A stretch of DNA of 32,000 nucleotides from Geobacter metallireducens GS-15 (GTDB taxonomy: Bacteria; Desulfobacterota; Desulfuromonadia; Geobacterales; Geobacteraceae): the NCBI RefSeq assembly GCF_000012925.1, contig NC_007517.1, positions 3,120,001 to 3,152,000 on the forward strand, given 5' to 3'. Shown here piece after piece: positions 24,614-32,000 of the stretch. The position numbers and the translations under genes were made by a program. How positions within the stretch are numbered: position 1 is the stretch's first letter; each line of letters opens with the position of its first letter. The notes beneath the pieces were generated by a model. It ran no database searches and was not told where the DNA came from. It was given only the letters and a program-made list of their open reading frames with translations.

Positions 24614-24928
24614 CTACATCTGTCCGTACTTTTCTTTTTCCCGATCCATCGCTTCCTTGCCGGCCTCGATGGCGGAGGTGATGATCGACTTCTTCTCGGC
24701 GATCAGGTCCTTGGTCTCCTCATAGGTGTCCTTGATCTTGCCCTGGGCCTCCTTGGTGAAGCCCTTGATCTTGTCGATCGCATCATCGGTCAGATCCATG
24801 ATGTTTTCCCGCATCTCCTTGCCGGTCTTCGGAGCAAGCAGGAGCCCCAGCCCCGCACCGACCGCCGTGCCGGCCAGGAAGGAGAGGAACACCGTTCCGA
24901 CGCTTATCCCTTTTTCTTCGTCTGCCAT
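24614..24928 (-). CDS. YtxH domain-containing protein
   Basis: 104 aa. N-terminal TM plus LLAPKTGKEMRE, the hallmark of YtxH, followed by a Lys/Glu-rich helical region. Confidence 0.85.
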   Translation of the reverse strand: MADEEKGISVGTVFLSFLAGTAVGAGLGLLLAPKTGKEMRENIMDLTDDAIDKIKGFTKEAQGKIKDTYEETKDLIAEKKSIITSAIEAGKEAMDREKEKYGQM

Positions 24929-24932
24929 GTCA

Positions 24933-25322
24933 TTACCCCCTTTTCGTGATGAGTCGTTGAGCTAGGAATTTGCCTGCCGTCCTGGCGCCGGTTATCCAGA
25001 CCGACGAGGTTGCCGCAGCATGGGCCACCGAGCTGACCACGGTGTTGATGGTGCGGAGGTTGCGGCCCGTGTCGCCGACCGCCTCCATGAAGGTCTGGAC
25101 ATCCTCGCGCTTCTCGGCGATCCCCTCGGTCACCGTACGCAGTTCGGTGAGGGTCCGCTCAAGCTCGAGGAGCACCGGTTTCAGTTCGCCGCCGGTACGA
25201 CTCACGAAGCCGCGCAGGTCTGCCGCGGCCTTCCGAATCTCGATCAGGGTCGGGATAATGAAAGCCACCAGCACCACCAGGGCGAGGGCAATCACCACCA
25301 CGGCTATTGCGGTCACAGTCAT
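24933..25322 (-). CDS. DUF948 domain-containing membrane protein
   Basis: Track ORF trimmed to ATG 25322, which has GGAGGA upstream. N-terminal TM AIAVVVIALALVVLVAFIIPTLIEIRK followed by a long helical region, the usual DUF948 layout. It sits 4 nt upstream of the YtxH gene. Confidence 0.8.
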   Translation of the reverse strand: MTVTAIAVVVIALALVVLVAFIIPTLIEIRKAAADLRGFVSRTGGELKPVLLELERTLTELRTVTEGIAEKREDVQTFMEAVGDTGRNLRTINTVVSSVAHAAATSSVWITGARTAGKFLAQRLITKRG

Positions 25323-25412
25323 GCGGTCGATTCCTCCAGGAACGGAAAGTAGTGTAAGTATAGAAGAGGAGCGGGATAATGCAAGCGTACCGTTAAGGCC
25401 GGAAGCGGGGCC

Positions 25413-25442
25413 ACTATACCCTATCCCCGTCGGCGTTTGCAA
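25413..25442 (-). promoter_or_regulatory. candidate sigma70-like promoter for the DUF948-YtxH pair
   Basis: The minus strand reads TTGCAA, an 18-nt spacer, then TATAGT. A second candidate, TTGCAT-16 nt-TATACT, lies about 40 nt further downstream. Confidence 0.4.
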
Positions 25443-25498
25443 ACGAAATGCTCAGGATTGGCGCGGAGTTTCACCTCCAGTGCCAGGGAAATTTTCAT

Positions 25499-25527
25499 TT
25501 GACAAACCCCGGGGGCTTCCGTATTCT
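25499..25527 (+). promoter_or_regulatory. sigma70-like promoter of the metX leader
   Basis: TTGACA (25499-25504), a 17-nt spacer, then TATTCT (25522-25527). The -10 element ends 25 nt upstream of the riboswitch P1 helix. Confidence 0.55.
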
Positions 25528-25552
25528 TTCTGGAAAATTAAATAGAAACGCA

Positions 25553-25682
25553 TTCTTATCAAGAGTGGTGGAGGGAAAGGCCCTGCGAAGCCACAGCAAC
25601 CGGTCTTCCGGGTCGCATTCGAGCACGAAGGCGAACCGGAAGGTGACAGGTGCTAAATCCTGCCGGGAGGCAAAGATGAGAA
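25553..25682 (+). promoter_or_regulatory. SAM-I (S-box) riboswitch aptamer
   Basis: TTCTTATCAAGAGTGGTGGAGGGAAAGGCCCTGCGAAGCCACAGCAACC ... GGTGCTAAATCCTGCCGGGAGGCAAAGATGAGAA matches the conserved SAM-I core (CUUAUCAAGAG, GGAGGGA, GGCCC, GCAACC, GGUGCUAAAUCC). P1 pairs UUCUUAUC with GAUGAGAA. The P3 region is unusually long. It sits upstream of metX. Confidence 0.88.
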
Positions 25683-25712
25683 CGGCGCTTGACGATAGCC
25701 ACAACTGTCAAC

Positions 25713-25751
25713 AAAGCCCCTTCTCGCCACCGCGGGAAGGGGCTTTTGTTT
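25713..25751 (+). terminator. riboswitch expression-platform intrinsic terminator
   Basis: 11-bp perfect stem aaagccccttc / gaaggggcttt with a 12-nt loop, followed by TTTTGTTT. It ends 27 nt before the metX ATG. Confidence 0.75.
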
Positions 25752-25777
25752 CCGAACCATTTATTCAGGATTGACGC

Positions 25778-26887
25778 ATGTCCGTCGGCATCGTACAGGA
25801 ACAATCAGTAACCTTCGACACGGAACTCCGGCTGGAGAGCGGCCGCATTCTCGGCCCCATCACCCTCGCCTACGAGACCTACGGCGAGCTGAACGCCGAC
25901 CGCTCCAACGCGATCCTGGTGGCCCACGCCTGGACCGGAAACGCCCATCTGGCGGGGAAAAACAGCGAGGAGGACACAAAGCCGGGATGGTGGGACGCCA
26001 TCGTCGGCCCCGGCCGGCTCCTGGACACCGACCGGTGCTTCGTCATCTGCTCCAACGTCATCGGCTCCTGCTACGGCTCCACCGGCCCCGCCTCCATCAA
26101 CCCGAAAACCGGCAAGCGCTACAACCTCACCTTTCCCGTCATCACCGTCCGCGACATGGTCAGGGCCCAGGCCCTCCTCCTCGACCACCTGGGAATCGAC
26201 CGGCTCCTCACCGTCCTCGGCGGGAGCATGGGGGGGATGCAGGCCCTGGAGTGGGCCACCCAGTTCCCGGACCGGATCCGCTCCGCCATCGCCCTGGCCA
26301 CCACGAGCCGCCCGTCGCCCCAGGCCATTTCCCTCAACGCCGTTGCCCGCTGGGCCATCTTCAACGACCCCACGTGGAAGAAGGGGGAATACCGCAAGAA
26401 CCCCAAGGACGGCCTGGCCCTGGCCCGGGGGATCGGCCACATCACCTTTCTCTCCGACGAGTCCATGTGGCAGAAGTTCGGCCGCCGCTTCAACGCCCGG
26501 GACGGCCTCTTCGACTTCTTCGGCCAGTTCGAGGTGGAGCGCTACCTCTCCTACAACGGCTACAACTTCGTGGACCGCTTCGACACCAACTCCTTCCTCT
26601 ACCTGGCCAAGGCCCTGGACCTCTACGACACGGCCTGGGGGTACGAATCCCTGGAGGAGGCGTTTTCCCGGGTAAAGGCGCCGATCCAGTTCTTCGCCTT
26701 CACCTCCGACTGGCTCTACCCCCCCTACCAGACCGAGGAGATGGCGACCATCCTCCGCTCCCTCGGCAAGCCGGTCGAATACCACCTGATCGAATCGGCC
26801 TACGGCCACGACGCCTTCCTCCTGGAACACGAGACCTTCGCGCCGATGGTGCGGGAATTCCTCGACAAGGTGGAACGTTCGGAGTAG
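25778..26887 (+). CDS. metX: homoserine O-acyltransferase (MetX family, usually O-acetyl)
   Basis: 369 aa alpha/beta hydrolase with the MetX signature ([14 protein letters not shown], nucleophile elbow [13 protein letters not shown]-terminal YGHDAFL). AGGA lies 7 nt upstream of the ATG. Confidence 0.93.
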   Translation: MSVGIVQEQSVTFDTELRLESGRILGPITLAYETYGELNADRSNAILVAHAWTGNAHLAGKNSEEDTKPGWWDAIVGPGRLLDTDRCFVICSNVIGSCYGSTGPASINPKTGKRYNLTFPVITVRDMVRAQALLLDHLGIDRLLTVLGGSMGGMQALEWATQFPDRIRSAIALATTSRPSPQAISLNAVARWAIFNDPTWKKGEYRKNPKDGLALARGIGHITFLSDESMWQKFGRRFNARDGLFDFFGQFEVERYLSYNGYNFVDRFDTNSFLYLAKALDLYDTAWGYESLEEAFSRVKAPIQFFAFTSDWLYPPYQTEEMATILRSLGKPVEYHLIESAYGHDAFLLEHETFAPMVREFLDKVERSE

Positions 26888-26935
26888 CCTCGGGTGAACA
26901 TTGCGTTGCAGTGATGCACTGCCGGGAGGTGAACG

Positions 26936-28069
26936 ATGGCGAGGAAGATCTTCATAGCGGCCACGGGACAGAACTGCGGCAAGACCACCACCAGCCTCTC
27001 GCTGCTCCACCTGGCTCGGAAGAAATACGGCAGGGTCGGCTTCATGAAACCCCTGGGCCCCAAGCCGGCAACGCTGCGCGGGGTCCCCATGGACAAGGAC
27101 GCGGCCCTCATGGCCCAGGTCTTCGGCCTGACAAAAGACCTGCGCTGGATGTCGCCGGTGGTGGTCTACCCCGACACCAGCCGGAAGGTCATCGACGGCG
27201 AGATCTCCCCCGACGGACTCCGGGAGCGGATCCTGGAAGCCCATGCCGAGTTGGAGAAGCAGTGCGACTTCATCATCATCGAAGGGTCGGGGCATCCGGG
27301 GGTCGGCTCCGTGATGAAACTCTCCAACGCCCGTATCGCCCGGATGCTCGATGCGCCGGTGCTCATGGTGACCGGCGGCGGCGTGGGGAACGTGGTGGAC
27401 GCGGTCTCCGTGGACCTGGCCCTCTTCGAGAAGGAGGGTGCCCAGGTCCGGGCCATCCTGGCCAACAAGCTGGTTCCCCACAAGCGGGAGCAGATCCTCG
27501 ACTACCTGCAGCGGGCCTTCGCCGACGAACCCTTCCCCGTCATCGGCGGCTTCGACTACCAGCCGGTCCTGGCCAACCCGACGCTGGACCGGGTCTCGAA
27601 GCTCCTGGACCTCCCCCTCCACGGCAACCGGCGCGACCGGAACCGGATCATCCACAACGTGCAGATCGGCGCCGCCTCCACCCAGCGGGTGGCGGAACTG
27701 CTGCGGGACTCCACCCTCCTCATCGTCACCAGCAGCCGCGACGAACTCCTCGTGACCCTGGCCAACCTCTACCAGATGCCCGAATACCGCTCCAAGCTCG
27801 TGGGGCTCGTCATCCCCGGCATCATCCCGGTCAGCACCATCACCCAGCAGATCCTGGAGCGGAGCAAAATCCCCTTCCTCCGCAACTACACCCACACCAC
27901 TGCCGAGCTGTACCACCTCATCACCGAGGATGTCTCGAAGATCACCGCCGAAGACACCGAAAAGCTCGCCCTCATCAGGAGCCTGGCCGAAACCCGCCTC
28001 GATTTCGACCGGCTCGATGCGCTCTTCGGGCCGGCCCCACGTGATCCAGACCGTCCTCGCACTCCCTGA
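26936..28069 (+). CDS. AAA_26/DRTGG-domain protein resembling the N-terminal (BioD-like) region of phosphotransacetylase and lacking the PTA_PTB catalytic domain
   Basis: P-loop-like IFIAATGQNCGKTTTS, IIIEGSGHPGVGS and a DRTGG-type segment LLIVTSSRDELLV. 377 aa. GGGAGGTGA RBS. It starts 48 nt after the metX stop with no terminator between them. Confidence 0.82.
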   Translation: MARKIFIAATGQNCGKTTTSLSLLHLARKKYGRVGFMKPLGPKPATLRGVPMDKDAALMAQVFGLTKDLRWMSPVVVYPDTSRKVIDGEISPDGLRERILEAHAELEKQCDFIIIEGSGHPGVGSVMKLSNARIARMLDAPVLMVTGGGVGNVVDAVSVDLALFEKEGAQVRAILANKLVPHKREQILDYLQRAFADEPFPVIGGFDYQPVLANPTLDRVSKLLDLPLHGNRRDRNRIIHNVQIGAASTQRVAELLRDSTLLIVTSSRDELLVTLANLYQMPEYRSKLVGLVIPGIIPVSTITQQILERSKIPFLRNYTHTTAELYHLITEDVSKITAEDTEKLALIRSLAETRLDFDRLDALFGPAPRDPDRPRTP

Positions 28070-28086
28070 CATTCAAATGCGTTTGA

Positions 28087-28219
28087 AACACTGAGCAACT
28101 GAGCAACGGAGTAAAATCTAGAGGGGAATTCCGTCGAAATCCGGGTAATACGCGTAACAGGGTCAAGCAGAATCCATAGCTAGCCAACTGATTTCTCAGT
28201 TGCTCCGTTGCTCAGTGTT
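28087..28219. repeat. 133-bp intergenic inverted-repeat element (25-nt arms, 83-nt AT-richer centre) between convergent genes
   Basis: The left arm aacactgagcaactgagcaacggag (28087-28111) pairs with the right arm ctcagttgctccgttgctcagtgtt (28195-28219) at 23 of 25 positions. The octamer TGAGCAAC is duplicated in the left arm. Confidence 0.75.
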
Positions 28220-28220
28220 A

Positions 28221-29549
28221 TTACAGCTGCCGTGTTCGAAGAAACGACTCGAACGCCTCCCGGAGCGGCTCCCCCTCCCCTTCGCCGATGGCGTAAGAGG
28301 CACGGAGAACCGTCTTCCCCGTGCCGGTCAGGCGGGCGATGTCGATGGGGGTGGCAGCCACCACCAGGTCGCACGGCACCGCCTCGATGGTGCGGGCCAG
28401 GTCCGCCACCTGGGCGGGGCTATACCCCATGGCCGGGAGGACCGGCCCGATGTGGGACCAGGCGCCATAGACCTCCCGCAGCGACCCCTGGGCCCAGGGG
28501 CGCGGGTCGACCGCCTCGGCGGCACCGTGCTGGCGGGCAGCGGCGAGCCCGGCGCCGGAGGGCATGGAGCCGTGGGTGATGGTGGGCCCGTCCTCGATGA
28601 CCAGCACCCGCTTCCCCCTGATCCGCTCCCCTTCGGCCACGGTGATGACCGATGCCGTCCGCACCAGCAAGGCCGACGGGTTCGCGCTCCGCACCGCCGT
28701 CGCCACCGCCTCGATGGCCGCCGGCTCGGCGGCATTCACCTTGTTCATGACCACCACGGATGCCCGGCGCAGGTTCACCTCCCCCGGATACCAGGAGGTC
28801 TCGTGGCCCGGCCGCAGCGGGTCCACCACCACCATCTCCAGGTCGGGCCGGAAGAAGGGAAGATCGTTGTTGCCGCCATCCCAGATGATGAGCCTCGCCT
28901 CCCTCTCCGCCCGCCGGAGGATCCGCCGGTAGTCCACCCCCGCGTAGACGATGGCCCCGTGGTCGAGGAGGTGCTCATACTCCTCCCGTTCCTCGATGGT
29001 GCACCGGAAGCGGTCCAGGTCCGCCAGCCCCTCCAGCCGCTCCACCGCCTGGGCCGCCAGGTCGCCGTAGGGCATGGGATGCCGGACCACCACGGGGCGG
29101 ATCCCCCTCTCCCGCAAGATGTCGCAGAAGTAGCGGACCACCTGGCTCTTGCCGCAGCCGGTCCGTACCGCGCAGACCGACACCACGGGGAGCCGGCTTC
29201 TGAGCATGGTGGCGTCCGGCCCCATGAGGAGGAAATCGGCGCCCAAGGCCAGGACCCGGGATGCGATGTGCATGAGCCGCTCGTGGGAGACGTCGCTGTA
29301 GGCGAAGACCACCTGCTCCGCCCTGAGGCGGCGGATGAGTTCCCCCAACTCCTCCTCGGGAAAGATGGGTATCCCGCGGGGATAGAGTTTGCCGGCCAGT
29401 TCCGCCGGATAGCGGCGGTTGCTGATATAGGGGATCTGGGCCGCGGTGAACGCCACGACCCGGAAGACGGGGTTGTCCCGGAAGGAGCAGTTGAAGTTGT
29501 GAAAGTCCCGCCCGGCTGCCCCCATGATGATGATCCGTTTCCGCTTCAT
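28221..29549 (-). CDS. cyclic 2,3-diphosphoglycerate synthetase-like P-loop protein (COG2403 'predicted GTPase' family)
   Basis: Track ORF trimmed to ATG 29549 (MKRKRIIIMGAAGRDFHNFN), which has GGAGG upstream. Internal Walker A CAVRTGCGKSQV. About 442 aa. The start overlaps the arcC stop as ATGA. The family call is from sequence recollection. Confidence 0.72.
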   Translation of the reverse strand: MKRKRIIIMGAAGRDFHNFNCSFRDNPVFRVVAFTAAQIPYISNRRYPAELAGKLYPRGIPIFPEEELGELIRRLRAEQVVFAYSDVSHERLMHIASRVLALGADFLLMGPDATMLRSRLPVVSVCAVRTGCGKSQVVRYFCDILRERGIRPVVVRHPMPYGDLAAQAVERLEGLADLDRFRCTIEEREEYEHLLDHGAIVYAGVDYRRILRRAEREARLIIWDGGNNDLPFFRPDLEMVVVDPLRPGHETSWYPGEVNLRRASVVVMNKVNAAEPAAIEAVATAVRSANPSALLVRTASVITVAEGERIRGKRVLVIEDGPTITHGSMPSGAGLAAARQHGAAEAVDPRPWAQGSLREVYGAWSHIGPVLPAMGYSPAQVADLARTIEAVPCDLVVAATPIDIARLTGTGKTVLRASYAIGEGEGEPLREAFESFLRTRQL

Positions 29550-30490
29550 GATCCGCCTCCAGTGATTTCCGTTCCTGCCGTGCCCGCAACAGCCTGTTCG
29601 ATCTCGTCCAGATGGCAGATGACCCCCCTCTTCCCGCCGCCGCGGACAAAGCGGAGGACCGCCTCCACCTTCGGCCCCATGGAGCCCGGAGGGAACTGGC
29701 CGGCCGCCAGCAATCGCCCTGCCTCGTCCGCATCGAGGCGCTTCAGGAACTCCTCGGCCGCGGTGCCGAAGCCGGTGGCCACCCCCGGCACGTCGGTGGC
29801 GATGACCAGAATATCCACCCCCACTTCTAGGCAAAGGCACGCGCTTGCCAGATCCTTGTCGATCACCGCATCGATGCCGTGGAAGGCGCGCCCCTCCCTG
29901 GTAACAGGAATCCCGCCCCCGCCGCAGCAGACCACGATGAAATCCACCTCCACGAGGCGCCGTATCTCTTCCTTTTCAACCACGGCCAGGGGTTCCGGCG
30001 ACGCCACCACCCGCCGGTACCCCTTGGGGGTGCCCGCCATGGGCCACGGGAACCGCGCCGCCTCCTCAGCCGTGTAGCAGGGACCGATGGGCTTGGTGGG
30101 GGTGCGGAATGCGGGATCATCCTCCGCCACCTGCACGTAGCTGATGAGGCTCACCAGAAACCGTTTTTCCCCACCGAGGGCCAGAAGCTCGCTTTCCAGG
30201 CTCGATTCGATCATGTAGCCGATCTGTCCCTGGGTCTGGGCCACCAGGACCTCCAGGGGCATGGCCGGCACCTCCGGGCAGCTCTCCTGCTGCATCAGGA
30301 GGTTTCCCACCTGGGGACCGTTGCCGTGGGTGATGATGATCCGGTAGCGGTCCGCCAGGCGCGCGATCTGCTCCATGGGGCGCCTCAGGTTGGCGAACTG
30401 CTCCGCGCAGGTCCCCTGCTCTCCCTGGCGGATCAGGGCATTGCCGCCGAGGGCGATCAGGAGGATGGGGCGGTTCACGGTGTGGGTCAT
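29546..30490 (-). CDS. arcC: carbamate kinase
   Basis: Track ORF trimmed to ATG 30490 (GGAGAGGA upstream). 314 aa. Amino-acid-kinase/carbamate-kinase signatures: LIALGGNAL, ITHGNGPQVG, CCGGGGIPV, AVIDKDLA and FPPGSMGPKVEA. Confidence 0.9.
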   Translation of the reverse strand: MTHTVNRPILLIALGGNALIRQGEQGTCAEQFANLRRPMEQIARLADRYRIIITHGNGPQVGNLLMQQESCPEVPAMPLEVLVAQTQGQIGYMIESSLESELLALGGEKRFLVSLISYVQVAEDDPAFRTPTKPIGPCYTAEEAARFPWPMAGTPKGYRRVVASPEPLAVVEKEEIRRLVEVDFIVVCCGGGGIPVTREGRAFHGIDAVIDKDLASACLCLEVGVDILVIATDVPGVATGFGTAAEEFLKRLDADEAGRLLAAGQFPPGSMGPKVEAVLRFVRGGGKRGVICHLDEIEQAVAGTAGTEITGGGS

Positions 30491-30570
30491 GGTGGGTCCT
30501 CTCCCCGGTGTGAATTCATGAGAGTCTCTGCAATGGTACCACAGAGATGGCCCCGATGCAGGCGACGACA

Positions 30571-30599
30571 TTGACAAGGGGGGATTCGGGGGATTTACT
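30571..30599 (+). promoter_or_regulatory. weak candidate sigma70-like promoter for the LOR/SDH-like gene
   Basis: TTGACA, a 17-nt spacer, then TTTACT, ending 34 nt before the ATG at 30634. The -10 element matches only 4 of 6 positions. Confidence 0.3.
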
Positions 30600-30633
30600 T
30601 GAAAGACATCATTCAACCCCACGAGGTACGCGT

Positions 30634-31728
30634 ATGCCACCCTTCCCGCCGTATATCCCCCCCGATTTCACCCGTCCCGACCTGGCAGCCGCCCCTCCGG
30701 CCAGCACGGAGAAGGCTCCCCGCGACGGCGTGCTCCCCGCCGGCTTCCACGCCACGTCCAACCACCCGGAGTATGTCCACCTAGGGGGCGGGAGGTGGCT
30801 CCTGGCCGTCGAGAGCAGAATGGATGCGGTTCTCGTTCTTGAGGATGAGGGAGTGAGGGTGGTGGAGCCCCGCTTGGTGCGGGAGGGGGAAAGGGTCGTC
30901 ATGGGGCGCGCGGAGAACGGCGAGGATGGCATCTACGTACACACCACGGGATTCGAACCGCTGGCGGATGCCTCATCGGGCGACAAATTCGGCTTCCGGA
31001 GCCGCGGCACCCGGGAGACCCCCTTTTCCCGCTCCTACGACGAGCTGTACGACATCCTGCGCCACGACCGCGACAACGGCTCTATCGTCTGGGTTCTTGG
31101 TCCCGCCGTGGCCTTCGACCGGGACAGCCGCGACGCCATGGCCAGCCTGGTCGGTGCCGGCTACTGTCATGCCCTCCTGGCCGGCAACGCCCTGGCCACC
31201 CACGACCTGGAGGCGGCCTTCTTCCACACCGGGCTCGGCCAGGACATCTACACCCAGGCCCTGGTTCCCCGGGGACACTACAACCATCTGGACGTCATCA
31301 ATGAGGTGCTGCGCCACGGCTCCCTGGAGCGGGCCATGGCCGAGCTGGGGATCGGGGACGGGATCATCCGGGCCTGCCTGGAGCGCCGGGTGCCGGTGGT
31401 CCTGGCGGGCTCCATCCGCGACGACGGGCCGCTCCCCGAGGTCATCACCGACTCCGGCCGGGCCCAGGACGCCATGCGGGTCCACGCCCGCCGCGCCACC
31501 ACCGTCATTGCCCTTGCCACCCAGCTCCACGCCATCGCCGTCGGGAACATGACGCCGGGCTACCGGGTCATGGACGACGGTACGGTGCGGCCGGTCTATT
31601 TCTATGTCGTCGACATGTCCGAATTCATCGCCGACAAGCTGGCCAACCGGGGCTCCGCCCAGGCCCGGGCCATCCTGACCAACGCCCAGGACTTCATGGT
31701 GAACCTCTGGCACAACCTGCGGGGGTGA
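30634..31728 (+). CDS. LOR/SDH conserved-region protein (TIGR00300-like; archaeal-type ornithine cyclodeaminase-like)
   Basis: Track ORF trimmed to ATG 30634, which has GAGG 7 nt upstream. 364 aa. It has an N-terminal small beta-rich region and then a Rossmann-like part (IVWVLGPAVAFDRDSRDAM, LLAGNALATHD, VLAGSIRDDGPLPEV). The CDS is well supported; the family name is from memory. Confidence 0.65.
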   Translation: MPPFPPYIPPDFTRPDLAAAPPASTEKAPRDGVLPAGFHATSNHPEYVHLGGGRWLLAVESRMDAVLVLEDEGVRVVEPRLVREGERVVMGRAENGEDGIYVHTTGFEPLADASSGDKFGFRSRGTRETPFSRSYDELYDILRHDRDNGSIVWVLGPAVAFDRDSRDAMASLVGAGYCHALLAGNALATHDLEAAFFHTGLGQDIYTQALVPRGHYNHLDVINEVLRHGSLERAMAELGIGDGIIRACLERRVPVVLAGSIRDDGPLPEVITDSGRAQDAMRVHARRATTVIALATQLHAIAVGNMTPGYRVMDDGTVRPVYFYVVDMSEFIADKLANRGSAQARAILTNAQDFMVNLWHNLRG

Positions 31729-31741
31729 GTGCGCGGGAGAA

Positions 31742-32000
31742 CTACCCCCCGTTGGCCGGCAGCAGAAAACAGAACGTGCTCCCTTCTCCCTGGCGGCTTT
31801 CCACCGTAATGCTCCCCCCCATCAACTCGACCAGCCGCTTGCAGATGGAGAGCCCCAATCCCGTTCCTTCGTATTTTCGGCTCAAGCCGGTGTCAACCTG
31901 ATGGAACGGCTTGAAGAGGCGTTCCAGATCCTCTTCCTTGATGCCGATGCCGGAATCGGCGACGCTGGTGACGTACCACTCCGATTCGCGGGAGCAACGC
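31742..32000 (-). CDS. histidine kinase, C-terminal HATPase_c fragment (N-terminus beyond the right edge)
   Basis: The minus-strand frame is open from the right edge to TAG at 31744-31742. My translation is ...[69 protein letters not shown], containing the G1, F and G2 boxes. Confidence 0.75.
   Translation of the reverse strand, partial: RCSRESEWYVTSVADSGIGIKEEDLERLFKPFHQVDTGLSRKYEGTGLGLSICKRLVELMGGSITVESRQGEGSTFCFLLPANGG

Noticed and set aside
26908-26922. Hairpin gcagtg-atg-cactgc between metX and the DRTGG gene as a terminator
   Set aside because: The stem is only 6 bp with a 3-nt loop and no downstream U-tract, and it is followed immediately by the RBS of the next gene. It is more likely an intercistronic structure or a chance occurrence.
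25771-28072. Two very long ORFs (757 aa on +, 755 aa on -) spanning metX and the DRTGG gene
   Set aside because: They are an off-frame and an antisense shadow of two well-supported genes. The translations are Arg/Pro/Gly/His-rich, and the 757-aa ORF ignores the stop and RBS structure between the real genes.
30525-30547. Inverted repeat TCTCTG-11 nt-CAGAGA (with central GGTACC) in the arcC / LOR-SDH divergent region as an operator
   Set aside because: The arms are only 6 bp and nothing else supports it. It is noted as a possible regulator site but is not strong enough to report as a feature.
1-32000. Whether the window is a mobile, defence or accessory island
   Set aside because: There is no integrase, transposase, recombinase, tRNA attachment site, toxin-antitoxin, restriction or other defence-type gene. 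By eye, the GC-rich codon style looks uniform. The content is central metabolism, envelope and transport.

Overview
GC-rich bacterial chromosomal window. Gene content and a SAM-I riboswitch on metX suggest a Geobacter-like Desulfuromonadota genome, but the taxon is a guess. Most genes are housekeeping. The left 15 kb is one closely spaced minus-strand array: PstS-like binding protein, sensor kinase, sucA, glgC, glgP, sucB, Sel1-repeat protein, lpdA, aconitase, and a CHASE sensor kinase that runs off the left edge. Next is a minus-strand operon of an acidic UPF0158-like protein, two AI-2E/PerM permeases and a CopA P-type ATPase. Then come lpxH (+) and, on the minus strand, a YkgJ-type Cys-cluster protein, a PBP transpeptidase, YihY/BrkB, DUF948 and YtxH. 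A SAM-I riboswitch with terminator drives metX plus a Pta-N-terminal-like (AAA_26/DRTGG) gene (+), followed by a 133-bp inverted-repeat element. Carbamate kinase arcC is ATGA-coupled to a cyclic-2,3-diphosphoglycerate-synthetase-like P-loop gene (-). That pair is divergent from a LOR/SDH (TIGR00300-like, archaeal-type ornithine cyclodeaminase-like) gene (+). The window ends with the 3' end of another histidine kinase. I found no tRNA/rRNA, CRISPR, transposase, integrase or recognisable defence genes. The most unusual signal is not a gene. The 7-nt unit GGGGACC forms 3-4-copy tandem arrays five times, always inside coding sequence: once in lpdA, three times in sucB (both orientations), and in the last codons of lpxH. 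There it encodes Gly/Pro-rich loops and linkers, is stop-free in all six frames, and fits the G-quadruplex motif. Many long ORFs in the supplied track are GC-driven shadow ORFs and were discarded.
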